A stretch of DNA of 64,000 nt, taken from positions 9,834,035 to 9,898,034 of the forward strand of contig NC_081369.1 in the NCBI RefSeq assembly GCF_030684315.1, read 5' to 3'. Shown piece by piece: positions 12,839 to 26,983 of the stretch. Source of the DNA: Stegostoma tigrinum. Taxonomy: Eukaryota. Numbering within the stretch: the first letter of the stretch is position 1; the number at the start of each line of letters is the position of its first letter. Under the pieces are notes generated by a model. The model made no database searches and was not told where the DNA came from. It worked only from the letters and a program-made list of their open reading frames with translations. Position numbers and translations under genes: made by a program.

Positions 12839-14129
12839 ATTGCCATTTTCGTCGCTACTTTTCCCTTTGCTTGTTCTCTATTTTTTTGTTGAAAATTAAT
12901 AAATTGGTCTGGGGTGTGGGCGTTAGATTTTTTTTAGCGTGGTCATTGGCTCTCTTCTAATGTCAAAATTGATGACCAATGAACTTATCACTGGTCTTCC
13001 TCGGTTTAACCATTTTCCAGGTTCTAAAGATATTTTCCCGAAGTTAAATATTTGGATGTGGATCAGTAAATCTGCTTCCTCATTCGTACACAACAAACCA
13101 TTCCAGATTGGAACTTTCACACTGAGAACATCAGCAGAATCACTTTGGATCCAGGCTCTGCTCAATGCAGCACTCTTGTCAAATCAAACGTACCAGATTC
13201 CACAAATGTCTGGCAAAGTTGTCAAAGCACACTCATACTTCAATTACGCAAAATGATTTGACATTAGAGATACACTGAATCAACCAGGCATGAAGTTTGA
13301 AATGTTATAGAAAATATATTTGTTTACAATCCTGCTGAGGTGAAATGTTGCAGGACTTTACATTGCAGTTTATATCATATGATGATCAGTGTCCCCATCG
13401 AGCATTGATCAAGTTAAATGAATTGGACTGTATTTTGGTGCAGCATTCATCCAAATTTCTGCAATTACTGCAGCAAATAGTTGGTGAATAAACTGGGTAA
13501 TCAGGAAGGTTGGTTACTTGTAGCATTTTCCATGGTTTCACAGAGTTACCACTTATAATTTTACTTTTTTTTAATCTTTGTAAAGTTAATGCATATGGAG
13601 TAGTATGTATCTACAATTGTTTCTTCAGCTGAATTATATGATCAGGAATACAGTACAACATTCAGCCGAAGTATTCTGATTCATCATTTAGTTCAATTAT
13701 GGCTGTTTGCACCCCCACACCATTCATCTGTATGGCTCCCAATTCATGAATAATATCAATGACCACAAATATATTTTCACATCTTGAAAGGGCATATCTT
13801 TAGCCTTTTGGAAAGCAGGTTCCAGATTTCATTGAATCTTTATATGCAAAAAAAATGTTTCCTCTTTTCATTTACAAATGTTCAGCTCAGATTTTGAAAA
13901 TATTCTCCTGTTTTGGATTTGAAAAAAAACTCAGCCCCTCCAGCAGTGGATAGAGAAGTGATGTCGATGAGATGAGTCCAGTAGGAACTCTTCATCAGAA
14001 TTGAAGGGGGCTGTAGAATTGCTTTTATGTTGCTGACCTAAGAGTGTTGGGGTAGATGGGAGCAGTAGGAAAGAACACATTGTGAGGGTGCCCAGAGTGA
14101 TAAATACAAACCACAAGGCCATAACACAT

Positions 14130-15770
14130 TGGAGCAGATATCAGACTTCCAGTTCACCAGGTCTGCTCCACCTTCAGTGAGGTAATGACTTATTTAGTAA
14201 TCTCATTTTCACCGTAACTCTTGATTCCATTAACTATTTAAAAGTCTATCTCAGACTTGAACATCATTTAAAAAGCAGATTTAAAGGTTTCTGTGGAAAG
14301 AAATTCCACAGCTTCACAACCCCCTGAGAGAAGAAGTTATTTGCATCTTTGTCTTAAATGTGCAATCCGTGATTCTGAGATTATGTCCTCTATCTGACAC
14401 TTTCCCTCAAGGGGATGCAACCTTTCAGCATCTGACCTGTCAGGTCCCATTAGAGTCTTTTATCTTTCAATAAGATTGCTTCTCACTCTAAATTCCACTG
14501 ATTAAATGCTCAACCTAATCAGCTTGTCTTCATAAGACACTCCCTCCATATCTGCTGTCAGCTGAGTGAACGTTTCCTGATGGGCCTCCAATGCCAATAT
14601 ATCTTTCCTCAGAATACAGAAATAAAGCTGTCCACAGTTTTACATCTATGATCTGATTAGTGCCTTGTACACTCTTAGCAAGATCTGCCTACAAGTATAC
14701 CCCATTCCCATTGAAATAAAGGGCAGCATTCTATTTACCTTCCATATTAACTGTTGAGTTTGGATTCCAGCTATTTGTGATTCATGGACAAGGACTCAAA
14801 AATCTCTCTGTTCCATAGCTTTTTACAGTCTTTGTTCATTTAAATGGTATTCGGGACCTCTATTTATTTTCTGGCAAAATGTACTCCTTCACATTTTTAT
14901 CAAATGATTGCCTGCTCATGTAACTTTTTGTATTTCTCTGCAAACCCAGTGTCTTGTACCATCTGCATTCCTGGCTGTAGAACGTGCACTTTCCTCATTC
15001 AAGTCATCAATAGATATTGTAAACAGTTGTGCCCACAACACTGAACCCCATCATTCTGCATTAGAGTCAAAGAGTTGTAGAGATGTAAAGCATAGAAACA
15101 GACATTTCTGATCAAATTGGCCATGCCTAAATGAATCTAGTCCCATTTGCCAGGGTGTGGCCCATATGCCTTTAAACTATTCCTGCTCATGGACTCATCC
15201 AGATGCCTTTTAAGTGTTGTAATTGTACCAGCATCCACCACTTCTTCAGTCAGCTTGTTCCATCCAAACACCACCCTCTGCATGAAAGGATTACTCCTAT
15301 CCCATCTCATCGTAAACATATGTCCTCTAGCTTTGGGCTCCTACACCCTGGAAAAATGACATTGGCTCTTCAGACTATCCACGGCCCTCAATATTTATAA
15401 ACCCTTTAATGTCAGCCTTCAGCCTCTGATGCTCCAGGGAAAATAACACCAGCCTATCCATCTCCCCTTATAGCTCAAATGCTCCAAACTTGGCAATATC
15501 CTTGTCAATCTTTTCTGAATTCTTTCACATTAGACAACATCTTTCCTATAGCTGGGAGACCAGAAGTGAACACAGTAAGTAGCCACACTCATGACCTGTA
15601 CTCCTGCAACATGGCTGTTCAAATCTGACTCACAGTGCAATTACCAGTAAAGACAAGCATACAAAGCACCTTCTTTGCTATACTGTTGACTTGTGACTCT
15701 ACTTTCAAGGAACTGTGAGCCTGCACTTCAAGATCTCTTTGTTTGACAAATGTGTCCAGGACTTTGGAAT
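14130..15770 (-). mobile_element. Two adjacent decayed CR1-type LINE 3' fragments
   Basis: FMQRVVFGWNKLTEEVVDAGTITTLKRHLD and QRDLEVQAHSSLKVESQV. Confidence 0.7.
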
Positions 15771-16785
15771 TAAGCGCAGTTGCAGGTCCAATCCTGAACT
15801 GTGGGGAGAGACCGCGGTAAAACATGAGGTTGGTAACCACCACAAAAATAACACTTAATGTTCTGTGGGGTAAGATAAGACAATGTGCCAGAAGGTAGGT
15901 GCTGAATGTATAACAAGCAGAAGAGAACAGCACCATTCTTACCAGCAAATCTGGTAACAGATTCAAGGTTAGAACTGCCATAATTGGACTGTAGCAAATT
16001 TGGAAGGATACAGGTTGTAGTATGTAAGGGGAGCTGGGCAAGTAAGGCATTCAATGTCAAATTGACAATTTTCAAGCTGAATGACCGAGGGAGGGTCCCA
16101 CTAGAGGAGGGTGATTGGAAATGCATAAAAGAGTCCTGGAGTAGCAAGGGATTCCTGGCCCAATGGTCTTAATCATGCTTATCCTGAAATTCATTGAGGT
16201 GGCGTCAAAAAGGCAGAAACTAAATTCTTTGCTGAGTATTGATTGCTGGCATCTGAGTTTAAAAAGTAAGGTCACCATAGTCTTACTAGATCATAGGGCT
16301 GCTCTCCAAATTACACAGAGATGACTGGTGGTGGTTTCAACTTGAGAGTCACATTGATTCAGGCTACAGCAGAGTTTGAGATGGAAAATCTTTAATGGCC
16401 AACGCATAAAGTAAATCCATACCTTTCGTGTCACGCTGCATTGCAAACCAGCCATTCAAGGTAACTGGAATACTGAACACCCAGGCAGTATGGTGAATCC
16501 AGGACAAATTGTGGAATTAGAAGAAGGGATCAAGTACAGTAAATAAGAAGAGAGGAAGAATCCAGAAGGGCACCAGCATCTGTGAATGATTGAAGCTTGT
16601 GTTCCTTAGCAACTGAAAGGAAGAAAAAGTGATTATTGTTTAAGCTGCGCATGAAACAATGAACAAAATGAAACTGGAGCCTAAGACAGTGTGAAGTGGT
16701 GCTGATGGAGAGAGAGAGATAAAAGTGAGCATGTGGTGGCACATGGCACTGGTTATGGGGTGGGATCAGTTGAGTATTGTTGCTG

Positions 16786-19482
16786 TGATAATGGGAACTG
16801 CAGATGCCGGAGAATCCAAGATAATAAAATGTGAGGCTGGATGAACACAGCAGGCCCAGCAGCATCTCAGGAGCACAAAAGCTGATGTTTCGGGCCCAGA
16901 CCCTTCATCAGAGAGGGGGATGGGGTGAGGGTTCTGGAATAAATAGGGAGAGGGGGAGGCGGAACGAAGATGGAGAGAAAAGAAGATAGGTGGGGAGGAG
17001 AGTATGGGTGGGGAGGTAGGGAGGGGATAGGTCAGTCCAGGGAAGACAGACAGGTCAAGGAGGTGGGATGAGGTTAGTAGGTAGGAGATGGAGGTGCGGC
17101 TTGGGGTGGGAGGAAGGGATGGGTGAGAGGAAGAACAGGTTAGGGTCGCAGAGACAGGTTAGACTGGTTTTGGGATGCAGTGGGTGGAGGGGAAGAGCTG
17201 GGCTGGTTGTGTGGTGCAGTGCGGGGAGGGGACGAGCTGGGCTGGTTTTGGGATGCGGTGGGGGAAGGGGAGATTTTGAAGCTGGTGAAGTCCACATTGA
17301 TACCATTGGGATGCAGGGTTCCCAAGCGGAATATGAGTTGCTGTTCCTGCAACCTTCAGGTGGCATCATTGTGGCACTGTAGGAGGCCCATGATGGACAT
17401 GTCATCTAAAGAATGGGAGGGGGAGTGGAAATGGTTTGTGACTGGGAGGTGCAGTTGTTTATTGCGAACCGAGCGGAGGCGTTCTGCAAAGCGGTCCCCA
17501 AGCCTCCGCTTGGTTTCCCCAATGTAGAGGCAGCCACACCGGGTACAGTGGATGCAGTATACCACATTGGCAGATGTGCAGGTGACCATCTGCTTGATGT
17601 GGAAAGTCATCTTGGGGCCTGGGATAGGGGTGAGGGAGGAGGTGTGGGGGCAAGTGTAGCATTTCCTGCGGTTGCAGGGGAAGGTGCCGGGTGTGGTGGG
17701 GTTGGTGGGCAGTGTGGAGCGAACAAGGGAGTCACGGAGAGAGTGGTCTCTCCGGAAAGCAGACAGGGGTGGGGATGGAATAATGTCTTGGGTGGTGGGG
17801 TCAGATTGTAGATGGCAGAAGTGTCGGCGGATGATGCGTTGTATCTGGAGGTTGGTGGGGTGGTGTGTGAGAACGAGGGGGATCCTCTTTGGGTGGTTGT
17901 GGTGGGGGCGGGGCGTGAGGGATGTGTTGCGGGAAATGCGGGAGACGCGGTCAAGGGCGTTCTCGACCACTGTGGGGGGAAAGTTGCAGTCCTTGAAGAA
18001 CTTGGACATCTGGGATGTGCGGGAGTGGAATGCCTCATCGTGGGAGCAGATGCGGTGGAGGCAGAGGCGGAGGAATTGGGAATAGGGGATGGAATTTTTG
18101 CAGGAGGGTGGGTGGGAGGAGGTGTATTCTAGGTATCTGTGGGAGTCGGTGGGCTTGAAATGGACATCAGTTACAAGCTGGTTGCCTGAGATGGAGACTG
18201 AGAGATCCAGGAAGGTGAGGGATGTGCTGGAGATGGCCCAGGTGAACTGAAGGTTGGGGTGGCAGGTGTTGGTGAAGTGGATGAACTGTTCGAGCTCCTC
18301 TGGGGAGCAAGAGGCGCCGGCGATACAGTCATCAATGTACCGGAGGAAGAGGTGGGGTTTGGGGCCTGTGTAGGTGCGGAAGAGGGACTGTTCCTCGTAA
18401 CCTACAAAGAGGCAGGCATAGCTGGGGCCCATGCGGGTGCCCATGGCTACCCCCTTAGTCTGTAGGAAGTGGGAGGAATCGAAAGAGAAGTTCTTGAGGG
18501 TGAGGATGAGTTCGGCTTGGCGGATGAAGGTGTCGGTGGAGGGGGACTGGTCGGGCCTGCGGGACAGGAAGAAGCGGAGGGCCTTGAGGCCATCTGCATG
18601 CGGAATGCAGGTTTATAGGGACTGGATGTCCATGGTGAAAATGAGGTGTTGGGGGCCAGGGAATTGGAAGTCCTGGAGGAGGTGGAGGGCATGGGTGGTG
18701 TCACGGACGTAGGTGGGGAGTTCCCGGACCAAAGGGGAGAAAATGGAGTCCAGATAGGTGGAGATGAGTTCGGTGGGGCAGGAGCAGGCTGAGACAAAGG
18801 GTTCGACCAGGGCAGGCAGGTTTGTGGATTTTGGGAAGGAGATAGAAACGGGCCGTGCGGGGTTGGGGAACAATGAGGTTGGAGGCTGTGGGTGGGAGGA
18901 CCCCTGAGGTGATGAGGTCACGAATGGTGTTGGAGATGATGGTTTGGTGCTCAGGTGTGGGGTCATGATCGAGGGGGCGGTAGGAGGTGGTGTCGGAGAG
19001 TTGGCGTCTGGCCTCGGCGATGTAGAGGTCAGTGCGCCATACTACCACTGCGCCACCCTTGTCTGCGGGTTTGATGGTGAGGTTGGGGTTGGAGCAGAGG
19101 GAGCGTAGGGCTGCCTGTTCTGCGGGGGAGAGGTTGGAGTGGGTGAGAGGGGTGGAGAGGTTGAGGCGGTTAATGTCTCGACGGCAGTTAGAGATGAAGA
19201 GGTCGAGGGAGGGTAGGAGGCCTAGGGGTGGTGTCCAGGAGGAGGACTTGTGTTGGAAGCGGGTGAAGGGGTCAGTGGAGGGAGGGTTAGGTTCCTGGTT
19301 GAAGAAGTAGGCGTGGAGGTGAAGGCGGCGGAAAAACTGTTCTATGTCCAATCGTGACTGGTATTCGTTGATGTGTGGTTGTAGGGGGACAAAGGTGAGC
19401 CCCTTACTAAGGACTGACCTTCGTCCTCAGTCAGTGGGAGGTCTGGGGGGATGGTGAAGATGCGGCAGGGTTCAGTGTGACT
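16786..19482 (-). mobile_element. Penelope-like retroelement (RT + GIY-YIG endonuclease), long copy with frameshifts
   Basis: ORFs 18701-19351, 18613-18966 and 17356-18444 encode TIKPADKGGAVVVW, FYLLPKIHK, MGTRMGPSYACLF, FLRYIDDC and VVYCIHC..LYIGETKR. 12-bp direct repeat GTATTGTTGCTG at 16774-16785 and 19483-19494. Confidence 0.95.
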
Positions 19483-20454
19483 GTATTGTTGCTGATCACT
19501 TTTCTAGCTGTGCCCCTGCATCTAGGAAGGAACAAAATATTATGGTAATTCATCCTTACTCCCCGTCATGTCCACCCTCACACGCATGTGCAGCCCAGGA
19601 ATCAAGACATTGAAATCAAGCCCCCAACGACTCCTAAGTCAAACAGCCTTTCCAGTGCATCCTGGCCAGCCGTTTTTTCCGCAATTTATTTATTCCACCC
19701 TCTCTACTTCGACATACTACGTCTTGCATCATCCATCTGCTTTGGTTAACATCAATCAAAATAGTGGTGACATTCTCTAATTTTGCATATGGCCTCTCAA
19801 CATAATTCGCAGCTTTGTACCAATGGCTACCACGGAACGTTTTGCCGTCTGTTAACTAATTAAAGGTTGCAGAAGACATTTCAGCTCTATTTTTTTGCAA
19901 CAGCCATTCAATTCTTAACCGCTCTTTGCCGCTAGTATTTTCGTCTTCAAGTTCACTATTAGCTTACTGTGCTTGGTCTGCTCTGCGTATCCAGGTATTT
20001 ATGACTGCGTGCATTTGAATATTTGTATGCTCGTACCCACATGCGAATGTGCGTATGACTGTTTATGAACACCTACATATTTATGTATGTCTGTGCACTT
20101 GCGCCATTGAGTCCAACAAATTCCTTTTCAAACATCATCTCCTTGCTGGTTTATCCACATTGGCTTCTGATCTAGCAACGTCTTTATTTTAAAATTCTCG
20201 GCTCTGGTTTACAAATCCCTTTAAAAACTTGTTCTTGCTTTAATTCTGATCTCACGTTCACGTCTAATTTTCATCATATGTTGACTTACTCTGGGATGTG
20301 AAAATTCAAAAGCTCGGCAATTCAATCCACAAAATAACTCTGTTTGTGTGCCCTTTTAGACGTGATATTTCATTAACCACCAGAATCAGATGTTACTCAA
20401 TCGTAAAATAATTGATAACTTTCTCTGCGAAGCGCCTGATGAACTTTGCACGTA

Positions 20455-20685
20455 AAGATGACAGTTTACTTCCCTAAAGGACATTAGTAAACCAAATGGC
20501 TTTTTTTTATTTCCCCAACAATCGAAAATAGATTCATAGTCAGCATTAGGTTCTTAATTCCAGATATTTTATTGCATTCAAAATCCATCATCTGTCGTAA
20601 GGATTCAAACGCGGGACCTCAGAACATGTTCCTGGATGTCTAGATTAACAGTCGAGCCATAGTATCACTCGGCCATTACCTCCGC
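20455..20685 (-). mobile_element. Probable tRNA-derived SINE of another family
   Basis: The - strand begins GGAGGTAATGGCCGAGTG..GCGTTTGAATCC (degenerate A/B boxes); a related degenerate piece lies near 62660-62890. Confidence 0.5.
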
Positions 20686-21742
20686 TTTCCACTAACTGTT
20701 TTACTGTTAAATGCGTGAGTGTGCGCCTGTGTCGCTGTCTTTCTTTAGTTTTGATTTTCTCGCCTCAATTCGTTCTTCTACTTTTAAATTCTTCTCATTT
20801 GTCATTTATTCCATTCTTATTCAAAGTTTTGGCCGCAGAGAATTCTATTTTCGGCATCTTTTCTACCACATTATTGTTGGCGCTCAAGTGTGAACTCTTG
20901 CAACTTATCCACTAAAACAGATTACAATAGATTCCAAATTCTAGCTCGTTTTCATTTTCGTTTGGTTAAGCATTGCAGTTATTTGGAGAACAGAACTTCA
21001 TTGCAGCTAATAGCATGATGGAAACACTTGCGGTTAGACGTTGCTTGCATCTCAGCATAGTGCGAGTTAACACGCGCGCTCATTTTACTTTGCCGCTTGG
21101 CCGAAGTACAATTTAAGGAATGTATTTATAATTTCGCAGCCAAACAATTCTGCAATCGCTCTGCAATGTCCATGTTTAGCAATTCCTAAGCGCGTTGAAT
21201 CTGAAAGGCAATTTGCGAAGCCATTATCCCCGATGTCAACTCAATCATCTTTGTTATTCTGAGTTTGTCCTTAGTTCAATACCCGCTGCCGCTTCATTTA
21301 GGGTGTTTACATTGCAGGCCTTGTCAGTGGCGTTTCATGTCGCCTTACACGTCCATTTAGGGTCAGAAATCCGATTCCAAGTCTCCTTAAAGCAGAGTGC
21401 AAATCCAGCTATGTGATTTACCTAGTATCAACGTTAAATATAATTCGCTTTAGAGAAAAGTATTTTCTTTTAATGTGAAAATATCTAACAGAGAATCATT
21501 TACTTTTTTTCTTCGAGCCAATCACTGAACAGTTGACTACATTCAGAAAACTTAATCGGTCTTTATTAAGTTACATCAAGCCAGGAAAAAAATGGAGGGA
21601 AAATGGCAGTTATACCCAGTCATTATGGAGAATAAAACTATGGCTCAACAATTTCTCGGGGCAATGAATTGTGGAATATTGTAGTTTGCGCATTCCAAAG
21701 GAATGCTCCTGTTGTGGTAGAAAATAGCATAATGCAATTCAC

Positions 21743-21961
21743 CAGAGATAATGGGAACTACAGATGCTGGAGAATCCAAGATAACAAAGTGTGAAGCTGG
21801 ATGAACACAGCAGGACAAGCAGCATCTCAGGAGCACAAAAGGTGACGTTTCGGGCCTAGATCCTTGATCTCTGATGAAGGGTCTAGGTCCGAAAGGTCAG
21901 CTTTTGTGCTCCTGAGATGCTGCTTGGCCTGCTGTGTTCATTCTGCTTCACACTTCGTTAT
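21743..21961. repeat. Inverted dimer of the Penelope terminal unit
   Basis: GCTGGATGAACACAGCAGG arm and its reverse complement around a central CTGATGAAGGGTCTAGG. Confidence 0.85.
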
Positions 21962-23659
21962 AAAGCAAATCACTCTATGATTTTCTGCAGCGAATTTTGC
22001 GGCCACTTGAGCTGCAAAAGTAGCTCAAATAACTTGACATATTTGATACGTCTACCTTTGTCATGTTGTCCCTATTACGCTGGAAATATGGTGCTTACAC
22101 TGTACATAAAAAAGTCCCACAAGCAGAAACATTATAACGAGCAATAAACATACTTCAGTGACGTTGGTTGAGGTATGACTATTAGCCAGGACACAATCAA
22201 TACTGTTAGATATTTTCACTTTAAATACTAAGCAACTTTTATTCACGTCATTTTGAATTTCACAAGAGGATATCGTTATAATAAATCGTGTATAAGTACA
22301 TCACTACTCGACTACTAAGCAACACACAAGCAAAATGAGACAGCGTCGTTTTATGAGGCACTTGCCCCTCTATTTAAACAGTTATTTTCTGCAAAGGGAA
22401 AGAGATGGCCATTCGTCATTAATGTATCCAAGTATCCTTGTGGCTGACAAAGAGCTGAGGCTGCTGTGGCAAGAATGGTGATGTTAGGCCACCTGGGTAC
22501 TGAGAATTAGATGCAGAACTCTCACTCAATGTTTTGAATTCCATAAAAACCCCGACTCTGGATATACATTGGGAAACGGGAGCATTGGGAAGAAACAAGT
22601 TGCAGCTGAGTGCTATTGTCCTGCTGCTATCGCTTCATAATGTTGCATTTCATGCACACTGAGCTCTGTTAGAGTTCTCGAGAAATATTAAATTCTAATT
22701 AATTTTATATATGTCAGATATAACATCTTGGTGAAATAAATATATTTTATTTTATTTGGCACTTATTTGACTCGCTTTTGAACTATCTGTTTGTGCCAAA
22801 GGGAAAAGTGGAAACGCAAAATCTTATTACCAGCAGCAGATAAAAGAAATGACTTGCATATACATGCAACTCTTTGCAAAGGCTTCATCACCATGAAGTG
22901 CTTTTGAGGTTTTGGCAACCGCTGTCGTCTGAATAAATATGAAAGACCAGTGGCAATCTGATGAGTGACATGGACAACGATTAGATAATCTGGAAATACC
23001 ATCTATGTCATAAATTAGCCATACCTCCAGAAGAGCTCAATAAGGCATATGAACAAGACTTATTATATGAGAGCCTGAAAGGCATAATTCAGAGAAAGTA
23101 TGCTTTTGAACATGAGACCTTTTTAAATAAATATATCATTGGCAAGTGGGGCATGGGGTAAATGCTGGCCAGCATTTATCGCCCGTTCATGGCTGCCCTT
23201 GAGGAGGTGGTGGCGAACTGCCATCTTTAATTGCTGCAGTCCATGTGAAAGGATGATTCTCAATGCCCGTATTAAGGGAATTTCCAAGTCAAGGTGGTGA
23301 GTCGCTTGGAGAGCAACTTGAATGTGTTCCCATGTATCTGCTGCCTCTGTCCTTCCAGATGGCAGTGGTCCAGGGTTTGGAATGTACTTTCAAAGGATTT
23401 TTGGTGCATTTCAGCAATGCATCTTTCAGAAGATAGACACAGTTGAAACTGAGCATTGTTACAGTGAAAAGAGATTGTGCTTGTGATTGTGATGCAAATC
23501 AAGTGGGTGAAGTTGTCATGGGTGATATCAAAATTCTTCAGAGTTGTTTGAGATATAGCCATCCAGGCAAACTGAGGAGTATTCCATCATACACCTGCTT
23601 TGCGCCTTGCAGATGGGGAGTCAGGAGGTGAGTTAAGCTCCGCAGTATTCCTGGCCTTG

Positions 23660-24830
23660 AACCATCTCCTCCCATCCACCTTTTTGCAAAAAACTTCCAT
23701 CTCCTACTCCCAATTCCTTCACCTCCACCGCATCTGCTCCCAGGATGAAGCATTCCATTCCTGTCCATCCCAAATGTTCTCATTCTTCAAGGACCGCAAC
23801 ATCTCCCCCTGCAGTAGTCGAGAACACCCTCGACCGTGTCTCCCGCATTTCCCACAACACATCCCTCACACCCCATGCCTGCAATAACTGCCAAAAGAGA
23901 ATCCCGCTTGTCCTCACATGCCACCCCACAAACCTCTGGATCCAACGCATCATCCTCTGACACTTCGACCATCTACAATCTGACCCCACCACCAAAGACA
24001 TTTTTCCATCCCCACCCTTGACTGCTTTCTGGAGAGACTACTCTCTCAGTGACTCCCTTGTCCGGTCCACACTTGCCTCCAAATCCCACCACACCCAACA
24101 CTTTCCCCTGCAACCGCAGGAAGTGCTACACTTTCCCCCATACCTCCTCCCTCACCCCCATCCCAGGCCCCAAGAAGACTTTCCACATTGGGAAACCAAG
24201 CGGAGGCTTGGGAACTGCTTTGCAGAACACCTACGCTCAGTTTGCAATAAACAACTGCACCTCCCAGTCGCGAACCATCTTAACTCCCCCTCCCATCCCT
24301 TAGGTGACATGTCCATCCTGGGCCTCCTACAGTGCCACAATGATACCACCCGAAGATTACAGGAACAGCAACTCATATTCTGCTTGGGAACCCTGCAGCC
24401 CAATGGTATCAATGTGGATTTCACAAACTTCAAAATCTCCCCTTCCCCCACTGCATCCCAAACCAGCCCAGCACATCCCCGCCCCCCAACCTGTTCTTCC
24501 TCTCGCCTATCCCCTCATCCTAACTCAAGCTGCACCTCCATTTCCTACCTACTAACCTCATCCCGCCCCCTTGACCTGCCCTTCCTCCCCAGACTGACCT
24601 ATCTCCTCCCTCCCTCTCCACCTACACTCACTTCCACAGGATCCATCCCCGCCCCTTTAGTTTGTCTGTCCCCTCTCCACCTATCTTCTCCTCTATCCAT
24701 CTTCAATCCACCTCCCCCTCTCTCCCTATTTATTTCAGAATCCTCTCCCCCTCCCCCTTTATGATGAGGGGTATAGGCCCGAAATGTCAGCTTTTGTGCA
24801 CCTAAGATGCTGTGTTCATCCACTTTGTTA
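23660..24830 (+). mobile_element. Penelope-like element, 5'-truncated
   Basis: Colinear with 2110-3340; encodes ETKRRLGNCFAEHLRSV..VANHLNSPSH. Confidence 0.9.
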
Positions 24831-24839
24831 TGTCATTGT

Positions 24840-26710
24840 CCAGATCTTGTTGTGTTTGAACATGGGTTGCTTCAGTAGATGAAGAGTCATAAATGTTGCT
24901 GAACTTATACAAAAATTGTCGAATATCCCCACTTCAGACCTCACAATAGAATAAACCTCAGTGATGAAAGAGCTGAAGACGGTTGGATTTGTACACTTCC
25001 TTGAAGAGCTCCTCAGAGATGTTTTAGAACTGAGATAACTGACCTCCAATAGCCACAACCATCTTCAGTAGTGCCATGTATGACTCCAACCAGTGGAGAG
25101 TTTGCTCCCTGTTGTCCATCAATTCCAATTTTGCTAGGACATGTTGATGCTACATTCAGCCCAATATGGCTTTGATGTCATGGGCTGTCACTCTCTAGTC
25201 CCTTCTCCAATACAGCTAGTTTGTCCATGTTTGGACCAAGGCCGTAATGAGGCCAGGAAATGAGTGGCAGTTGCTGATCCTGTACTGGAAGCAGATAGTA
25301 CTGGTTAGTACGGTCAATAACAACTTCCGTTACTCTAATTATAATTCAGAGTCAACTGTTTCTGCAGTAATTGGCTGGGTGGATTTATCCTGCTTTTTTA
25401 GCACAGGGCATGTCTGGGCAATGTTTCACAATGTCGGATTGATGCCAGGGTTGTAGATGTACTGGAAGATCTTGGGTAGGGCGCAGCAATTTGTAGAGTG
25501 CATGTCTTCAGTACTATAGTTGGAAGGTTGGTGTGGCTCATAAGCTTTGCGGTATCTAGTAGCTCCAACAATTTTCTTGTTATCACGTAGAGTGAATCGA
25601 ATTCACTGAAGAAAAGTGTCTGTGATGTTGGGGACCATAGCAGGAGACTGAGATGGATCATCCACTCAGGACTTTTGGCTGAAGTTTCCTGTGAATTCTT
25701 CAGTTTTACATTTATCACTGGTGTGTTTGGCTCTTCCAATATTGATGGGGATATTTGTGAAGCTTCCTCCTTGTACAGTGTATTGTGTAATTGTCCGCCA
25801 CCATTTATGCCTGGATGTGGCAGGATTGGGGAGCTTCAATCTGATCTGCTGGTTTTGGGATTAGCTAGCACTGGCTATCATTTGCTGCTCCTGCTATATG
25901 GCATGCAAGTTATCCTGTCTGATATCTTCACCAGGTTGATGCCTCAATTTTGGGTATGCCTGGTGTTACTCCTGGTGCGCCCTCCTGCACTGTCCATTCA
26001 ATAGCGCCAATCATGTAGCTTAATGTTAATAACTGAGAAGGAGAATATGCCAGGTCATCGAGTTAAAAATTGTGCTGCAGTACAGTTCTGCTGTTATCGA
26101 CGCCCCAGAGCGCCTCATTGATGCCCAGGCTTACATTGCATGATCTGTTCCATTTAGCACAGTGACAAAGCCACTCAACAAGATGGAGGGCATTATCAAT
26201 GAGTAGATGGGACAGTGTTTACGCAAGGAGTGCGCAGTGGCCACTCATACCAGTACTGTCATGGACAGATGCATCTGCTGCTAGCAGATTGGTAAGGATG
26301 CGGTCAAATATTATTTCCGCCCCCCTTCCCCGACCCTTTTGATTCCTCAAATATGTTCCTCAGCTCAAGACTGGAAGTTATGTCCTTTCGGATCCGGCCA
26401 GCTCGAAAAGTAGTGCTACAACAAAGTCACTCTTTGTGGTCAGCATTGAAATAAATCACCTGCTGTACATTCTGACCCCTTGCCACTCTTACTTCTTCTT
26501 CCAGGCATTGTGCAACATGGAGGAGCACTAATTCATTAGTACAGAGAGGATGGCTTGTGATAAACAGCAGGAGGTCCTTGCCCACTTTTAACCTGAAGCG
26601 ATGATACTTCATGGGGCCCAGAGTCGAACTTGAGGTCTCCCAGGTCAAGTGCACCCCGACTGCATAAAACAGCGCCGCCAACTCTGCTGAGTCTATTCTG
26701 CCAAAATATT
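24840..26710 (-). mobile_element. Decayed LINE (CR1/L2-like) ORF2 fragment
   Basis: SIVRSEVGIF, LLELLDTAKLM..IVLKTC..IAAP segments; heavily degenerate. Confidence 0.6.
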
Positions 26711-26983
26711 TTTCAATTGCAGCCGCAATTGTCATCAGCTGTTGACAACCTGCGCATGATAGAGGCCTACAATTAACACAGATAATTTCCCGATTTTTTT
26801 TTAGCAGTACTGGCTAAGTTCAGAAAGCGAAAAATAACCTTCCTCTTATTCCTTCAAGTGATGGGTGAGATTTTTAAAATATTTGTTTTTATGAGAATCA
26901 ATATCCTGTACAAAGCATATGCTGCATAACATTACTCAACATTTAACCTTGCAATCTTTAATAACGAAAATGCTATTCAACTC

